NCBI GenBank assembly: GCA_031414535.1
Contig: JANNVQ010000029.1
Coordinates: 175,448-239,447, forward strand
Direction: 5' to 3'
Length of the DNA stretch: 64,000 nt
Source of the DNA: Gemmatimonas sp.
Lineage (GTDB): Bacteria > Gemmatimonadota > Gemmatimonadetes > Gemmatimonadales > Gemmatimonadaceae
Shown in pieces: positions 27,702 through 36,728 of this stretch (position 1 is its first letter; each line of letters begins with the position of its first letter). The notes under the pieces are model-generated. The model was given only the letters and a program-made list of their open reading frames with translations. It was not told where the DNA came from and ran no database searches. Position numbers and translations under genes: made by a program.

Positions 27702-29071
27702 GGTTTACGGATGCGCTTGAGATCCGCGCGGCCATAGCCCGTGAGCACCGCGATGGCCACGGCGCCCACGAGCGCCCAAGCGTACGTGTTATGTAGTCCC
27801 ACGGTGAGCGGGTTGAGGGCAGGCATGCCCAGCCCGCCACCGTCGCGCGTGGCTCCCGACGCAAGAATGGTCGGGAGGAACCACGGTAACAGGAAGGGCC
27901 AAGTGCAGACCGTGAGGTCGAGCAAGTTCGCTCGACGATACGGTGAGAGGCCATGACGCTCGCCGGTCTCTCGGGCGAAGGGGCCCGTCATGAGAACAGC
28001 CACCACGGAGTGCGTGGTGAGCAGTACGGCGGCCGACACCGTCCCAACAATCCATGCTTCCGCGCCGCGCGCACTGGTTGCGCGGCGCTCAACAGCACGC
28101 ACGAGGCGCTCCACTAGGTCAGTGGCCTGGATTGTACCGACCAGCGCCATCAGCAAAAGTGTGAAAATGCTGACGCCAATCGCGCGGTTGAAGCCATCTA
28201 CTATCAATCCAGTCGCACCAAAGGCGCCGGGCTCCACGCGCAAAAGCGCACTGGGCGCGAGCAATCCGAACCCAAGCGCGACCAGCACCGCCGCGACTAT
28301 GCCGCCGAGCAGCGATTCAATCAGATGCCGCTTAGCGAGCAGCATCACAATCACGAGTACGGGCACCGCGAGCATCACGAGCGGCAAAGGACCGCCACTG
28401 CTCGGGAGCTCTACGGTGCTCGCCCCGCTCGACTGCCCGCCGAGCAGCACCGATGCGGCCAGAGCAAAGAGCCCAGCGGGCAGCGCGTACTTGAGGCGCG
28501 CGCGCACGGTGCCGCCAATGTCTGCCCCCTGCGTGCCACTCGATGCAATGGTGGTGTCGGACACCGGCGACATCGAGTCGCCCCACGTGGCCCCGGCGAG
28601 AATGGCGCCGATGAGCGCGGCCGGAGCAGCACCAGCCGCGCCGCCCGCGGGGTACAGCAGAGGTCCCGCAACGAGGATGGTGCCGAAGCTCGTCCCAGTA
28701 GCGGTGGAGACAAGCGCACAGGCAAGGAATGCTGCCCCGACGTAGGCGCCGCCGGAAAGCTCGAGCGCGCGAGCGCTCCAAGCCAAGGCGCCAACGAAAC
28801 CCGATGCGCCGAGCAGGGTGCCCAAGACACCCGCAAACAGCCAGGCGCAGATCATGATCATCACAATCCGCTGGCTCATGCCGTCGAGCATAGACTCGGC
28901 GTAGCGCGAGCGGTCCTTCGCGAGCGCGAGCCCAACCACAAGCGCCAGGAGCAGCACTGGCCAAAAGCCCCGCTCGTCCGGCGCGCCGGCAAAGGCCAGC
29001 CCCGTCACGCCGGCCAAGAAGACGGCAAAGGGCGTCAAGGCACCGAGGGTCCCACCGTGGAAGCTGAGCAT
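27698..29071 (-). CDS. NhaC-family transporter (Na+/H+ antiporter or amino-acid transporter subfamily)
   Basis: ATGTSFGT, GATWGDSMSPVSDTTI; many TM helices. Confidence 0.85.
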   Translation of the reverse strand: MLSFHGGTLGALTPFAVFLAGVTGLAFAGAPDERGFWPVLLLALVVGLALAKDRSRYAESMLDGMSQRIVMIMICAWLFAGVLGTLLGASGFVGALAWSARALELSGGAYVGAAFLACALVSTATGTSFGTILVAGPLLYPAGGAAGAAPAALIGAILAGATWGDSMSPVSDTTIASSGTQGADIGGTVRARLKYALPAGLFALAASVLLGGQSSGASTVELPSSGGPLPLVMLAVPVLVIVMLLAKRHLIESLLGGIVAAVLVALGFGLLAPSALLRVEPGAFGATGLIVDGFNRAIGVSIFTLLLMALVGTIQATDLVERLVRAVERRATSARGAEAWIVGTVSAAVLLTTHSVVAVLMTGPFARETGERHGLSPYRRANLLDLTVCTWPFLLPWFLPTILASGATRDGGGLGMPALNPLTVGLHNTYAWALVGAVAIAVLTGYGRADLKRIRKP

Positions 29072-29109
29072 AGTGGACGAAGATACGCGAGAGCAGCTAT
29101 CCTTCGCGA

Positions 29110-29451
29110 ATGAACTCTCCCGACGACGCCTTCACGCTCTATGACCTTCGCGTGGAAGTCGTGGCCACTGACCGCCCGATGGTCTGCAATCACCAGGCAG
29201 GGGACTGGTTCGAATTGGTGGGCGAGAACCTGCGTTTCCCTCCGGGTCAGTCGTTCCCGCTCTATCCACTCGCGGCCATCCTGCCGCTGCTGCCGGCCAA
29301 GCAGCGCGTCACGCATCCCAATGACTGGATGACCACCGACGCCGAGATTGCCTGCCCGGATCCGCACTGCGGCGGTCGCTTCCGCATCACGCGCAGCGGC
29401 ACGAGTGCGTGGCGGCACGGCGAGGTCACCCGCGTCCCGCTCACGCCGTGA
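29110..29451 (+). CDS. TIGR04076-like small Cys-containing protein
   Basis: YDLRVEV...MVCNH..GDWFEL...LPAKQR..HPNDWMTTD..IACPDPHCG..FRITR; stop overlaps the next GTG (GTGA). Confidence 0.75.
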   Translation: MNSPDDAFTLYDLRVEVVATDRPMVCNHQAGDWFELVGENLRFPPGQSFPLYPLAAILPLLPAKQRVTHPNDWMTTDAEIACPDPHCGGRFRITRSGTSAWRHGEVTRVPLTP

Positions 29452-30467
29452 GCTCGCGGCTCATCAAGGGCGGTTGGCAACTCGCGGGTGGGCACGGGGC
29501 GGTGGACGAAGCGGCCGCAGTTGCCGACATGTTCGCGTTCGCCGAGGCTGGCATCACGGCCGTTGACTGCGCCGACATCTATACGGGTGTCGAGGCGATG
29601 ATTGGTCGCTTTCTCACAGAGTGGAGAGCGAAGTACGGCGCCGACGCGCCTCAGATTCGCGTGCACACCAAGTGCGTGCCGGATCTCGATCTCTTACCTA
29701 CACTCACGCGCGCAGACCTCGAACGTACTATTGACCGCTCGCTCCGCCGCCTTGGCGTCGAGCAACTCGACTTGGTGCAGTTTCACTGGTGGGACTACGC
29801 CGTCGGTAATCCACTCGAGGCTGCCTTGCATCTCGATGCCATGCGGCGCGCGGGCAAAATTCGCGAACTTGGCGTCACCAACTTTGATGTGCCGCATCTG
29901 CGCGCACTGCTCGACGCCGGCGTGCCCGTGGTGGCGCATCAGTTGCAGTGTTCGCTGCTCGACCGACGCGCACTTGGGCCCATGCGTGAGCTCTGCGAGG
30001 CCCGCGGTGTGAAACTGCTCGCCTATGGCTCGCTCGCTGGCGGCTTTTTGCACGAGCGCTGGCTCGGCGCTGCGCCGCCCGCTGAGCCACTCGAGAACCG
30101 CTCGCTCGTGAAGTACCGGCTCATCATCGAGGAGTGGGGCGGCTGGGAGCCGTTTCAATCATTGTTACGTGCGCTGCACAGAGTGGCGGAGCATCACGGC
30201 ACCAGCATCGGCGCGGTGGCGCTGCGCTGGGTCCTCGATCAACCAACGGTCGCCGCGGCCATTGTCGGTGCGCGGGACGCCAAGCACTTAGTGGCCACGC
30301 TCGCCGCACTGAATGTCACGCTCACAGACGCGGAGCACGCGGAACTCGCCTCGGCGCTCGGTGCCGGCGGCGGACCACGCGGAGACGTCTATTCGCTCGA
30401 ACGCGAGAAGGGCGGTCGCCACGCGGCCATTATGCGTTACGGACTCAACCGCTTGGCGACCGACTGA
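29448..30467 (+). CDS. Aldo/keto reductase
   Basis: IKGGWQLAGGH, DCADIY, HTK, LVQFHWW, LGVTNFD. Confidence 0.9.
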   Translation: MSSRLIKGGWQLAGGHGAVDEAAAVADMFAFAEAGITAVDCADIYTGVEAMIGRFLTEWRAKYGADAPQIRVHTKCVPDLDLLPTLTRADLERTIDRSLRRLGVEQLDLVQFHWWDYAVGNPLEAALHLDAMRRAGKIRELGVTNFDVPHLRALLDAGVPVVAHQLQCSLLDRRALGPMRELCEARGVKLLAYGSLAGGFLHERWLGAAPPAEPLENRSLVKYRLIIEEWGGWEPFQSLLRALHRVAEHHGTSIGAVALRWVLDQPTVAAAIVGARDAKHLVATLAALNVTLTDAEHAELASALGAGGGPRGDVYSLEREKGGRHAAIMRYGLNRLATD

Positions 30468-30499
30468 CACTTCAGCGCGCCGATTGCAGCGCGTCAGTT

Positions 30500-31918
30500 T
30501 CAGCGCGCCCCGGCGCCAATGAGATAGAAGGCTTCCTGCCGCGGCCGAAAGAAGCGGTATCCATCAGCCGTGAGATACGCGCAGTCCTCCATCATCACGA
30601 AGACTTTCTTGCCACCCCACTCAGGGACTGCGGTCCCAGTGTTGAGTTCGATGGACATATACGAGCCCGGCCGCAGTCGCTGTGCGAGCGTCAACGTGTC
30701 CGTACGTAGCCCTGAGCGGAAATCGATGGATGCACCCAGCGCGTGGCCCTGCGAGCCCAGTGGATGCGAGTAGACCATCGCCTCAATACCGCGCTGCCGC
30801 ATCTCGGCCATCGTCAGGTTGAACACTTCGCCTCCAGTGCGCCCCGGACGTGCAACGCGCAACATCAAGGCATCTTGCAGCGTGTTTGTGTTGCGTAAGG
30901 CCGCCTTCAGCCCAGCGGGGGCGTCGCTCTCGCCCGGCTTGAGCACGTAGGCCATCTTCTGCCAGTCGGTATCAAAGCCCATGTAGCTGATGCCGAAGTC
31001 AATGTGCACCAAGTCGCCGAGGAGAATAACGGTGTTCTCCGGAGCCACCGCCAAAAATCCGCGTGAGGTCGCGACCTCGCCCTCGGCGCGTTGCACGCGC
31101 AAGTCCGGCTGGAACCACGTGCGCACGCCAGCGGCCCAGAGCATATCGTAGAGCGCTCGACGCACATCACCAACTGTCGTGCGCCCCGGCGTGATGAACT
31201 CGTTGGAAAGCGCACGGCGCACAATTTCCTCCGTCACCTCCACAGCCGTGCGGTAGTACTCCAACTCCTCAGGGATGCGTGTGTCGAGGTACTCCGTGAT
31301 CAGCGGCGCGGCGCTTACGAAGCGCGCCGTGGCCTCGGCGCCCATCGCCTCGGAGACGAAGGTGTAGCTGTCGTAACCAATGGTACGCGTCTGTCCGCGA
31401 CCGCCGCCGATGCCCAGGGCAATGGAGCGTGGCTGGTACTGCTCCCAGAGGCGCCGCAGCGTTGCGGCCGGAGGTAAGGGTTCGGTGCTCGGCGCGTCAA
31501 AGAAGCGCGCGAGGTTCTCTTCCGTGTATCCAGTGATGGCGAACTTCTTGAGTCCCTCAGCGCCTGCATCCACAAAGACAAATAAATCGCGGTTGCCGGT
31601 GTAGGGCCGCGGCGGCGCAATCTGCTGGACCACCGGGTCGTCGTGGAACTCCTCATTCACCACAATCCACATGCCCACGTTATGGGCGCGCATCATTGGG
31701 AGAAGGAGCTCGTGCTTTTTGCGTAGCCAGTCCTCGCGTACGCTGAGTTGCTCGCTCCATGTGAGGAGTTTCGAGGCTGATGCGATGACGGGGCGGCGGC
31801 CGGTGCTGAGTTGTTGTGCCGCGAGCGCACTGGGGAATGCTGCTATGGCGAATACTGCTGGAGCGCCGAGGCTCGCAAGGCAGAGGGCGAGCAGTGAGCG
31901 AAGGAGGCGAGCGAGCAT
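30500..31918 (-). CDS. Exported M24 family (Xaa-Pro) metallopeptidase
   Basis: Signal peptide; HIDFG..DTD, SHPLG..GH, IELN and MED ligands of the pita-bread fold. Confidence 0.85.
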   Translation of the reverse strand: MLARLLRSLLALCLASLGAPAVFAIAAFPSALAAQQLSTGRRPVIASASKLLTWSEQLSVREDWLRKKHELLLPMMRAHNVGMWIVVNEEFHDDPVVQQIAPPRPYTGNRDLFVFVDAGAEGLKKFAITGYTEENLARFFDAPSTEPLPPAATLRRLWEQYQPRSIALGIGGGRGQTRTIGYDSYTFVSEAMGAEATARFVSAAPLITEYLDTRIPEELEYYRTAVEVTEEIVRRALSNEFITPGRTTVGDVRRALYDMLWAAGVRTWFQPDLRVQRAEGEVATSRGFLAVAPENTVILLGDLVHIDFGISYMGFDTDWQKMAYVLKPGESDAPAGLKAALRNTNTLQDALMLRVARPGRTGGEVFNLTMAEMRQRGIEAMVYSHPLGSQGHALGASIDFRSGLRTDTLTLAQRLRPGSYMSIELNTGTAVPEWGGKKVFVMMEDCAYLTADGYRFFRPRQEAFYLIGAGAR

Positions 31919-31976
31919 CTGTAAAGTGGGTAGGGGTCCACACTGACTTCGTTTGAGCGAGAGTCAGCGCTTTGCG

Positions 31977-32777
31977 TCACTCCGAAGGCGCAACGCTCCG
32001 ATCCTTGAACGGAGACTGCAGCATCCCGTCAATGTTGCGCCACTCCTGAAGTTCGTATCCATCAAGGCCAAGCGAAATGGTGTTCGGGTCGTCACGCAAC
32101 CGAAAGCTGCCGAACAGTCGATCCCACCACGAGAAGACGCTCGCGAAGTTGGAGTCTGTCTCGGGTTGGTAGCGGGAGTGGTGCACCCAGTGCATCCACG
32201 GCGTAACAATCACGGTGCGGAGCGCTTGATCGAACTTCGCCGGCAACCGCACGTTGCTGTGGTGGAACAGGATGACGGGCTGCAGGAGTAGCTCATAGCC
32301 GAGCAGTTGGAGCGGCGTCACGCCGAGTACGGGCAGGACCACCAAACGCGCCAACGACGACAGGATAATCTCGCCCGTATGGAAGCGCGACGCGGAGCTC
32401 GCATCCATCTCGGCGTCCGAGTGATGCACGCTGTGCAGGCGCCACAGCAGTGGCACGCGATGATTGAGACGGTGCCATAGGTACATCCAGAGATCTAGGA
32501 GCAAGATCGCCAACGGCCACTCGATCCACGCGGGCGCCTGCAACCGATGTAGCAGTCCGGAGCCGGTGGCTGCGGACCACTCCGCCGCGGCGACGAGCGC
32601 GGTGGCGAACACCACCGAAACCACCGCCACATTCAGCAGGCCGAGCGCGAGGTTGTGCCCGTAATGGCTGAGCCGACGTTGGCGACCAGTGAACTGCGGC
32701 GCGACAGTCTCCAGCGTCCACAGCAACGCGAGCGCTGCGGCGACGAGTGCCGGCTTGACTTGATTCAGCTCATTCAT
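31977..32777 (-). CDS. Sterol desaturase/fatty acid hydroxylase family protein
   Basis: His boxes HRLNH, HSVHH, FHHSN and HWVHH; WDRLFG. Confidence 0.9.
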   Translation of the reverse strand: MNELNQVKPALVAAALALLWTLETVAPQFTGRQRRLSHYGHNLALGLLNVAVVSVVFATALVAAAEWSAATGSGLLHRLQAPAWIEWPLAILLLDLWMYLWHRLNHRVPLLWRLHSVHHSDAEMDASSASRFHTGEIILSSLARLVVLPVLGVTPLQLLGYELLLQPVILFHHSNVRLPAKFDQALRTVIVTPWMHWVHHSRYQPETDSNFASVFSWWDRLFGSFRLRDDPNTISLGLDGYELQEWRNIDGMLQSPFKDRSVAPSE

Positions 32778-32934
32778 GGAGTCGCTTCGGCCATAGTAAG
32801 AATATGCGCCTCAAGAAGTGGAAATCCATTGTGCCGAGCATTCTGAGAGTGGAAGAACGTGTACCCACGACAAAGTTCCCACATTGATGATGGGCCGCAG
32901 CGTAGTGCACTAATCATCGTCGGAGTACGCAACG

Positions 32935-33321
32935 CTAGCGGGCGTCAGGCGTCTGGTCGGGCCGAGTAGCCCAATACGCCCAGGCGATGAACAAGAGTTG
33001 AAACGGAAGACGCGCGTTGAGAGCGAAGGAGCCGATATCTGGAAAAAGATCCGGATTGAGCGCCATATGCAGATTGGCTGGGAACACTGCCAGCAACAGC
33101 AACACAAGTCCCCATCCGGCGTAACTGCGCAGCCGCGGAATCAGCACGCCAAGGCCTCCCAGTATTTCAAACACTCCGCTCAGGACCACCAGCTCCCGGT
33201 GAGCAGGCAAGTATGGCGGCATCATCTGGAGATAGAAGTCTGGGCTTACGAAGTGATTGGCCCCCGCCGCGATGAACGCGAGGGAGAGTCCAACAAGGGC
33301 AATGCGTTTGGTCAGCGTCAC
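32935..33321 (-). CDS. DoxX-like small membrane protein
   Basis: AGANHF, MMPPYLP, SGVFEILGG, VFPANLHMA, RLPFQ; GTG start at 33321. Confidence 0.82.
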   Translation of the reverse strand: MTLTKRIALVGLSLAFIAAGANHFVSPDFYLQMMPPYLPAHRELVVLSGVFEILGGLGVLIPRLRSYAGWGLVLLLLAVFPANLHMALNPDLFPDIGSFALNARLPFQLLFIAWAYWATRPDQTPDAR

Positions 33322-33528
33322 CGGAATACCCTCGTGGCGGGTAGGAGCAGTGCGTGCGCCGCGGTGAGTGTCGAATCGCCGCAAGTGGCACCGGAAGAAT
33401 CTAACGGCCTGCGACCCGCCCTCAGGGAATCCACTACGCCGCATGCGTATATGCGCCTATAGACATAGAGAGATTTTGAGGCCACATTCTTGCTGTGGTT
33501 GTAGCATGTCTCGACACCGGAGTCCTCC

Positions 33529-34794
33529 GTGAAACACCTCGTGATTCTTGGCGCTGGTACTGCGGGTACCGTGATGGCCAATCGCCTCGCGCGCCGCTAC
33601 AAGGCTGAGCTGCGGTCCAAGGCCACCCAGATTACGCTCGTGGACCAGGATGCCGTGCACCTCTACCAGCCGGGGCTGCTGTTCATCCCGTTCGGCGATT
33701 ACACGCGCGAACAGGTACTCCAGCCCCGCGCGGCGCACGTGAACAAGGCCGTGCGCTACGTGCATTCGGCTATCGAACACCTCGATCCAGCCACCGACAC
33801 CGTACGGCTCGCCAACGGCGAACGCATCAGCTACGACCTCTGCATCATCGCCACGGGCTCGCGCATCGCGCCCGAGGAGACGGAGGGGATGACCGGCGCA
33901 GGTTGGCAGGAGAAGGTTTTCGATTTCTACACGCTCGGGGGTGCCGAGAAGCTTGCCACGGCCATGGCAAACTTTGCAGGCGGCACACTCGCCATCAACG
34001 TCGTTGAGATGCCAATCAAGTGTCCGGTTGCGCCGCTTGAGTTCGCCTTCCTCGCCGACGCGTACTTCACGAAGCGCGGCATCCGACCCCGCGTGCGCAT
34101 CGTCTACGTGACGCCGCTCGACGGCGCCTTTACCAAGCCCGCGAGTTCGAAGTCGCTGGGTGCTCTGCTCGACACCAAAGGCATCGAACTCGAAACCGAG
34201 TTCAGTACGGGTCGCGTCGATGGTGCGGCCGGTGAACTGGTGTCGTGGGACGAGCGCCGCATTGCCTTCGACCTCCTCGTGACGATTCCAGCGCACAAAG
34301 GCGCAGCGTTTCTCGCCGACGTGCCTGGACTCACGAATGAAATGGGCTTCGTGCACACCGATCCGCGCACGCTGCAGGCCAAGCTCAAGACCAATCTTTT
34401 TGTAATTGGTGACGCCACCGATGTGCCGGCGTCGAAGGCAGGTTCGGTAGCGCACTTCCAAGCGGAAGTGCTCGACGAGAATGTGCGACGCTTCCTCGAC
34501 GGCGAGCCGCTTGAGCCGGGCTTTGATGGACACGCCAACTGCTTCATCGAGACCGGGCACGACAAGGCGCTGCTTATTGACTTCAACTACGAGACGGAGC
34601 CGCTCCCGGGAAACTTCCCCTTTGCCTGGGGCCCGTTGCCCTTGCTCAAGGAGAGTCGGCTGAATCACCTCGGCAAGCTCGCCTTCCGTCACATCTATTG
34701 GAACGCACTGCTCCCTGGCTACGACTTCCCGGGGATCCCGCCGCAGATGCAGCGCACCGGCAAGATTGTCCCCGCTGAAGTTGCCCGCGCCTGA
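33529..34794 (+). CDS. sqr: Sulfide:quinone oxidoreductase (type III-like)
   Basis: ILGAGTAG, HLYQPG, IKCPVAPLE, IGDAT, KAGS, DGHANCFIETG. Confidence 0.85.
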   Translation: MKHLVILGAGTAGTVMANRLARRYKAELRSKATQITLVDQDAVHLYQPGLLFIPFGDYTREQVLQPRAAHVNKAVRYVHSAIEHLDPATDTVRLANGERISYDLCIIATGSRIAPEETEGMTGAGWQEKVFDFYTLGGAEKLATAMANFAGGTLAINVVEMPIKCPVAPLEFAFLADAYFTKRGIRPRVRIVYVTPLDGAFTKPASSKSLGALLDTKGIELETEFSTGRVDGAAGELVSWDERRIAFDLLVTIPAHKGAAFLADVPGLTNEMGFVHTDPRTLQAKLKTNLFVIGDATDVPASKAGSVAHFQAEVLDENVRRFLDGEPLEPGFDGHANCFIETGHDKALLIDFNYETEPLPGNFPFAWGPLPLLKESRLNHLGKLAFRHIYWNALLPGYDFPGIPPQMQRTGKIVPAEVARA

Positions 34795-34828
34795 CACCGC
34801 CTGACACCAATCCCCTGAGGATCTCACC

Positions 34829-35134
34829 ATGCCCGCACTGACCGCAGTTGCCCGTACATCGGAAGGATTCCTGGAGCGCGTCGAGGACTGGGATAGAGAC
34901 CTCGCGCTCTCACTCGCCACCGAAGCGGGAATCCCAGAGCTGACAGACCGCCACTGGCTCGTAGTGGACTACATGCGCAACACCTTTCTCACGAAGGGCG
35001 ATGGACCCACCATCCGCACGCTCGGCAAGGAGTCTGGCGTCGGCATCAAGGAATTGTACCTCCTCTTCCCCAAGGGTCCGGCGAAGCTCGCCGCCAAGAT
35101 CGCGGGGATTCCCAAGCCACACGGCTGCATCTGA
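34829..35134 (+). CDS. tusE: TusE/DsrC-family sulfur carrier with a single C-terminal Cys
   Basis: EGFL...W, LTDRHW, LFPKGPA...AGIPKPHGCI; the second DsrC Cys is absent. Confidence 0.88.
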   Translation: MPALTAVARTSEGFLERVEDWDRDLALSLATEAGIPELTDRHWLVVDYMRNTFLTKGDGPTIRTLGKESGVGIKELYLLFPKGPAKLAAKIAGIPKPHGCI

Positions 35135-35150
35135 GCCCGAGGATACACAC

Positions 35151-35657
35151 ATGACTACGACACTCACGCAGGGCGCAGACGCCGCCGTCGCCGATGCGCC
35201 CATCACCAAGGTCTCGATCATTGTCTCGAAGGGATCGCTCGAGGGCATCTACCCCGCGCTGATCATGGCCAACGGCGCACGGATGGAAGGCATTGAGGCC
35301 AACGTCTTCTTCACCTTCTTCGGGATGGATGCCATCAACAAGGCGCGCCACGAGCACATCAAGGTCGCGACGGTCGGTAATCCTGGCCTGCACCTTGCCA
35401 CCTGGCTCGGTGGATTCCCTGGGATGTCGTCGCTCGTCACCGCCCAGATGTCCAAGGCCATGGAGAAGCTGGACATCCCGCCGATTCCCGAGTTCATCGA
35501 GATGATTGCCGACTCTGGTGCGAAGCTGTACGCCTGCAAGGCCAGCGTGGAAATGTTCAATCTCAGTCGTAAGGACTTCATCGACCAGATCGAGGGCATC
35601 ATCACGGTCGGAGATTTCTATCAGATGGCGGGCGGCGGCCAGATCATCTTCACCTGA
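35151..35657 (+). CDS. DsrE/DsrF/DrsH-like (DsrE2-type) sulfurtransferase
   Basis: IIVSKGSLE, VFFTFFG, LYACKASVEMF. Confidence 0.85.
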   Translation: MTTTLTQGADAAVADAPITKVSIIVSKGSLEGIYPALIMANGARMEGIEANVFFTFFGMDAINKARHEHIKVATVGNPGLHLATWLGGFPGMSSLVTAQMSKAMEKLDIPPIPEFIEMIADSGAKLYACKASVEMFNLSRKDFIDQIEGIITVGDFYQMAGGGQIIFT

Positions 35658-35665
35658 GCGTCGCC

Positions 35666-36715
35666 ATGGACCAATGCAAACGCGGCGGTCGGCTACGACG
35701 CGCTGCGACGTGCTTCGCGCTGGTGTGCAGTGCCGCTTCGCTTGAGGCGCAGTCCGTAGCCAGCGCACGCTGGACGGTGAGCGTACCGGACGCCGCGCTT
35801 GCGTGGTTCACGGTCCTAGCGGATTGGCGCATAGACGGGGAGGGGGCGTTCTCGTATATCAGTCCTGTCGCAGGAGAACAGACGGCGAATACGCGCGACG
35901 AAGCGCTCCTCGGCCGGCTGCGCGTTGATCGCTCACGGAGCGTGCTGCACTTCGCGCCCTTGTACTACCCATCGTCGAGTCGAGGGGGACTGGCGCGCGC
36001 CCTGCGGGCCGCGGTCGAGGGGGCCGCACCGCCGGAACCGCGCGCCAGTTTTCTTCTCTCGGCGCTGGAGCGCAGCATGCCCGTGGCTGCAAGGCGCGAC
36101 TACCTCGCGGCGCTCGCGACTGCGCTCGAACGCGCGGCACCGGTACAGCCGCGTGCGGAGCAGCTCGCGGGCTGGCAGCGCCGTCTCGACTCGCTGTATC
36201 TGCCCGCGCTGGCGCCGTACTTGGCGCGCGAGCGGCTTGATGTTGGTCGATTGATTGTCGCACCGGCACTCGGTGCGGAAGGCCGTCTGTTTGCCGCAAC
36301 ACCCAATCGCAACGATAACATAGCGGCGGTCGGCACCTTCGCTTTGGATCCTGACCGCGACGCCCCGATGTTTGCGTTCGTGCGCGAAATCTGTTTCCCC
36401 GCGGTGTCTCGCTCGGCCACCGCGGCGCGGCTTGATGCGTCAAGTATTGGCGCGGCGCGACGGTCCAGCGTCGCCGCGGTCCGCTGCGGTGCCGCCTTGT
36501 TGCAGAGCTGTCTACCGAGCCGAGTGCTTGCCTACCAGGCGTTCTGGATTCGGCAAGCCGATCGTAATGGCTTGGTGCCGCGCGGCGCATCCCCCGCAGA
36601 GCCATCAGCACTTCGTATCGAGTTCGACCGCGTGTTTCCTGTGGACGTCACCTTGGCGGTTCGCGTGAACTGCGCGCGCTCTGTGTCTTCCTCACCTGCA
36701 CCATCACTTTTGTAA
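35666..36715 (+). CDS. Hypothetical exported protein
   Basis: Fills the gap between dsrE (8 nt) and fadL (13 nt); signal-peptide-like N-terminus; no recognised family. Confidence 0.6.
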   Translation: MDQCKRGGRLRRAATCFALVCSAASLEAQSVASARWTVSVPDAALAWFTVLADWRIDGEGAFSYISPVAGEQTANTRDEALLGRLRVDRSRSVLHFAPLYYPSSSRGGLARALRAAVEGAAPPEPRASFLLSALERSMPVAARRDYLAALATALERAAPVQPRAEQLAGWQRRLDSLYLPALAPYLARERLDVGRLIVAPALGAEGRLFAATPNRNDNIAAVGTFALDPDRDAPMFAFVREICFPAVSRSATAARLDASSIGAARRSSVAAVRCGAALLQSCLPSRVLAYQAFWIRQADRNGLVPRGASPAEPSALRIEFDRVFPVDVTLAVRVNCARSVSSSPAPSLL

Positions 36716-36728
36716 GAGGAGCTCTGTA

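Noticed and set aside
32935..33321. DoxX protein as a thiosulfate:quinone oxidoreductase subunit linked to sqr
   Set aside because: Short generic DoxX-like protein with no DoxA partner; adjacency alone is weak evidence
34788..34807. 10-bp tandem duplication CGCCTGACAC x2 across the sqr stop
   Set aside because: Only two copies; most likely slippage, with no sign of a mobile element
33457..34920. Long antisense and alternate-frame ORFs (this one, 5847-7286, 22563-23774, 15465-16511 and others)
   Set aside because: Shadow ORFs expected in GC-rich coding DNA; no motifs, and they overlap well-supported genes
34829..35134. DsrC of dissimilatory sulfur metabolism
   Set aside because: Only the terminal Cys is present and there is no dsrAB; this is the TusE type
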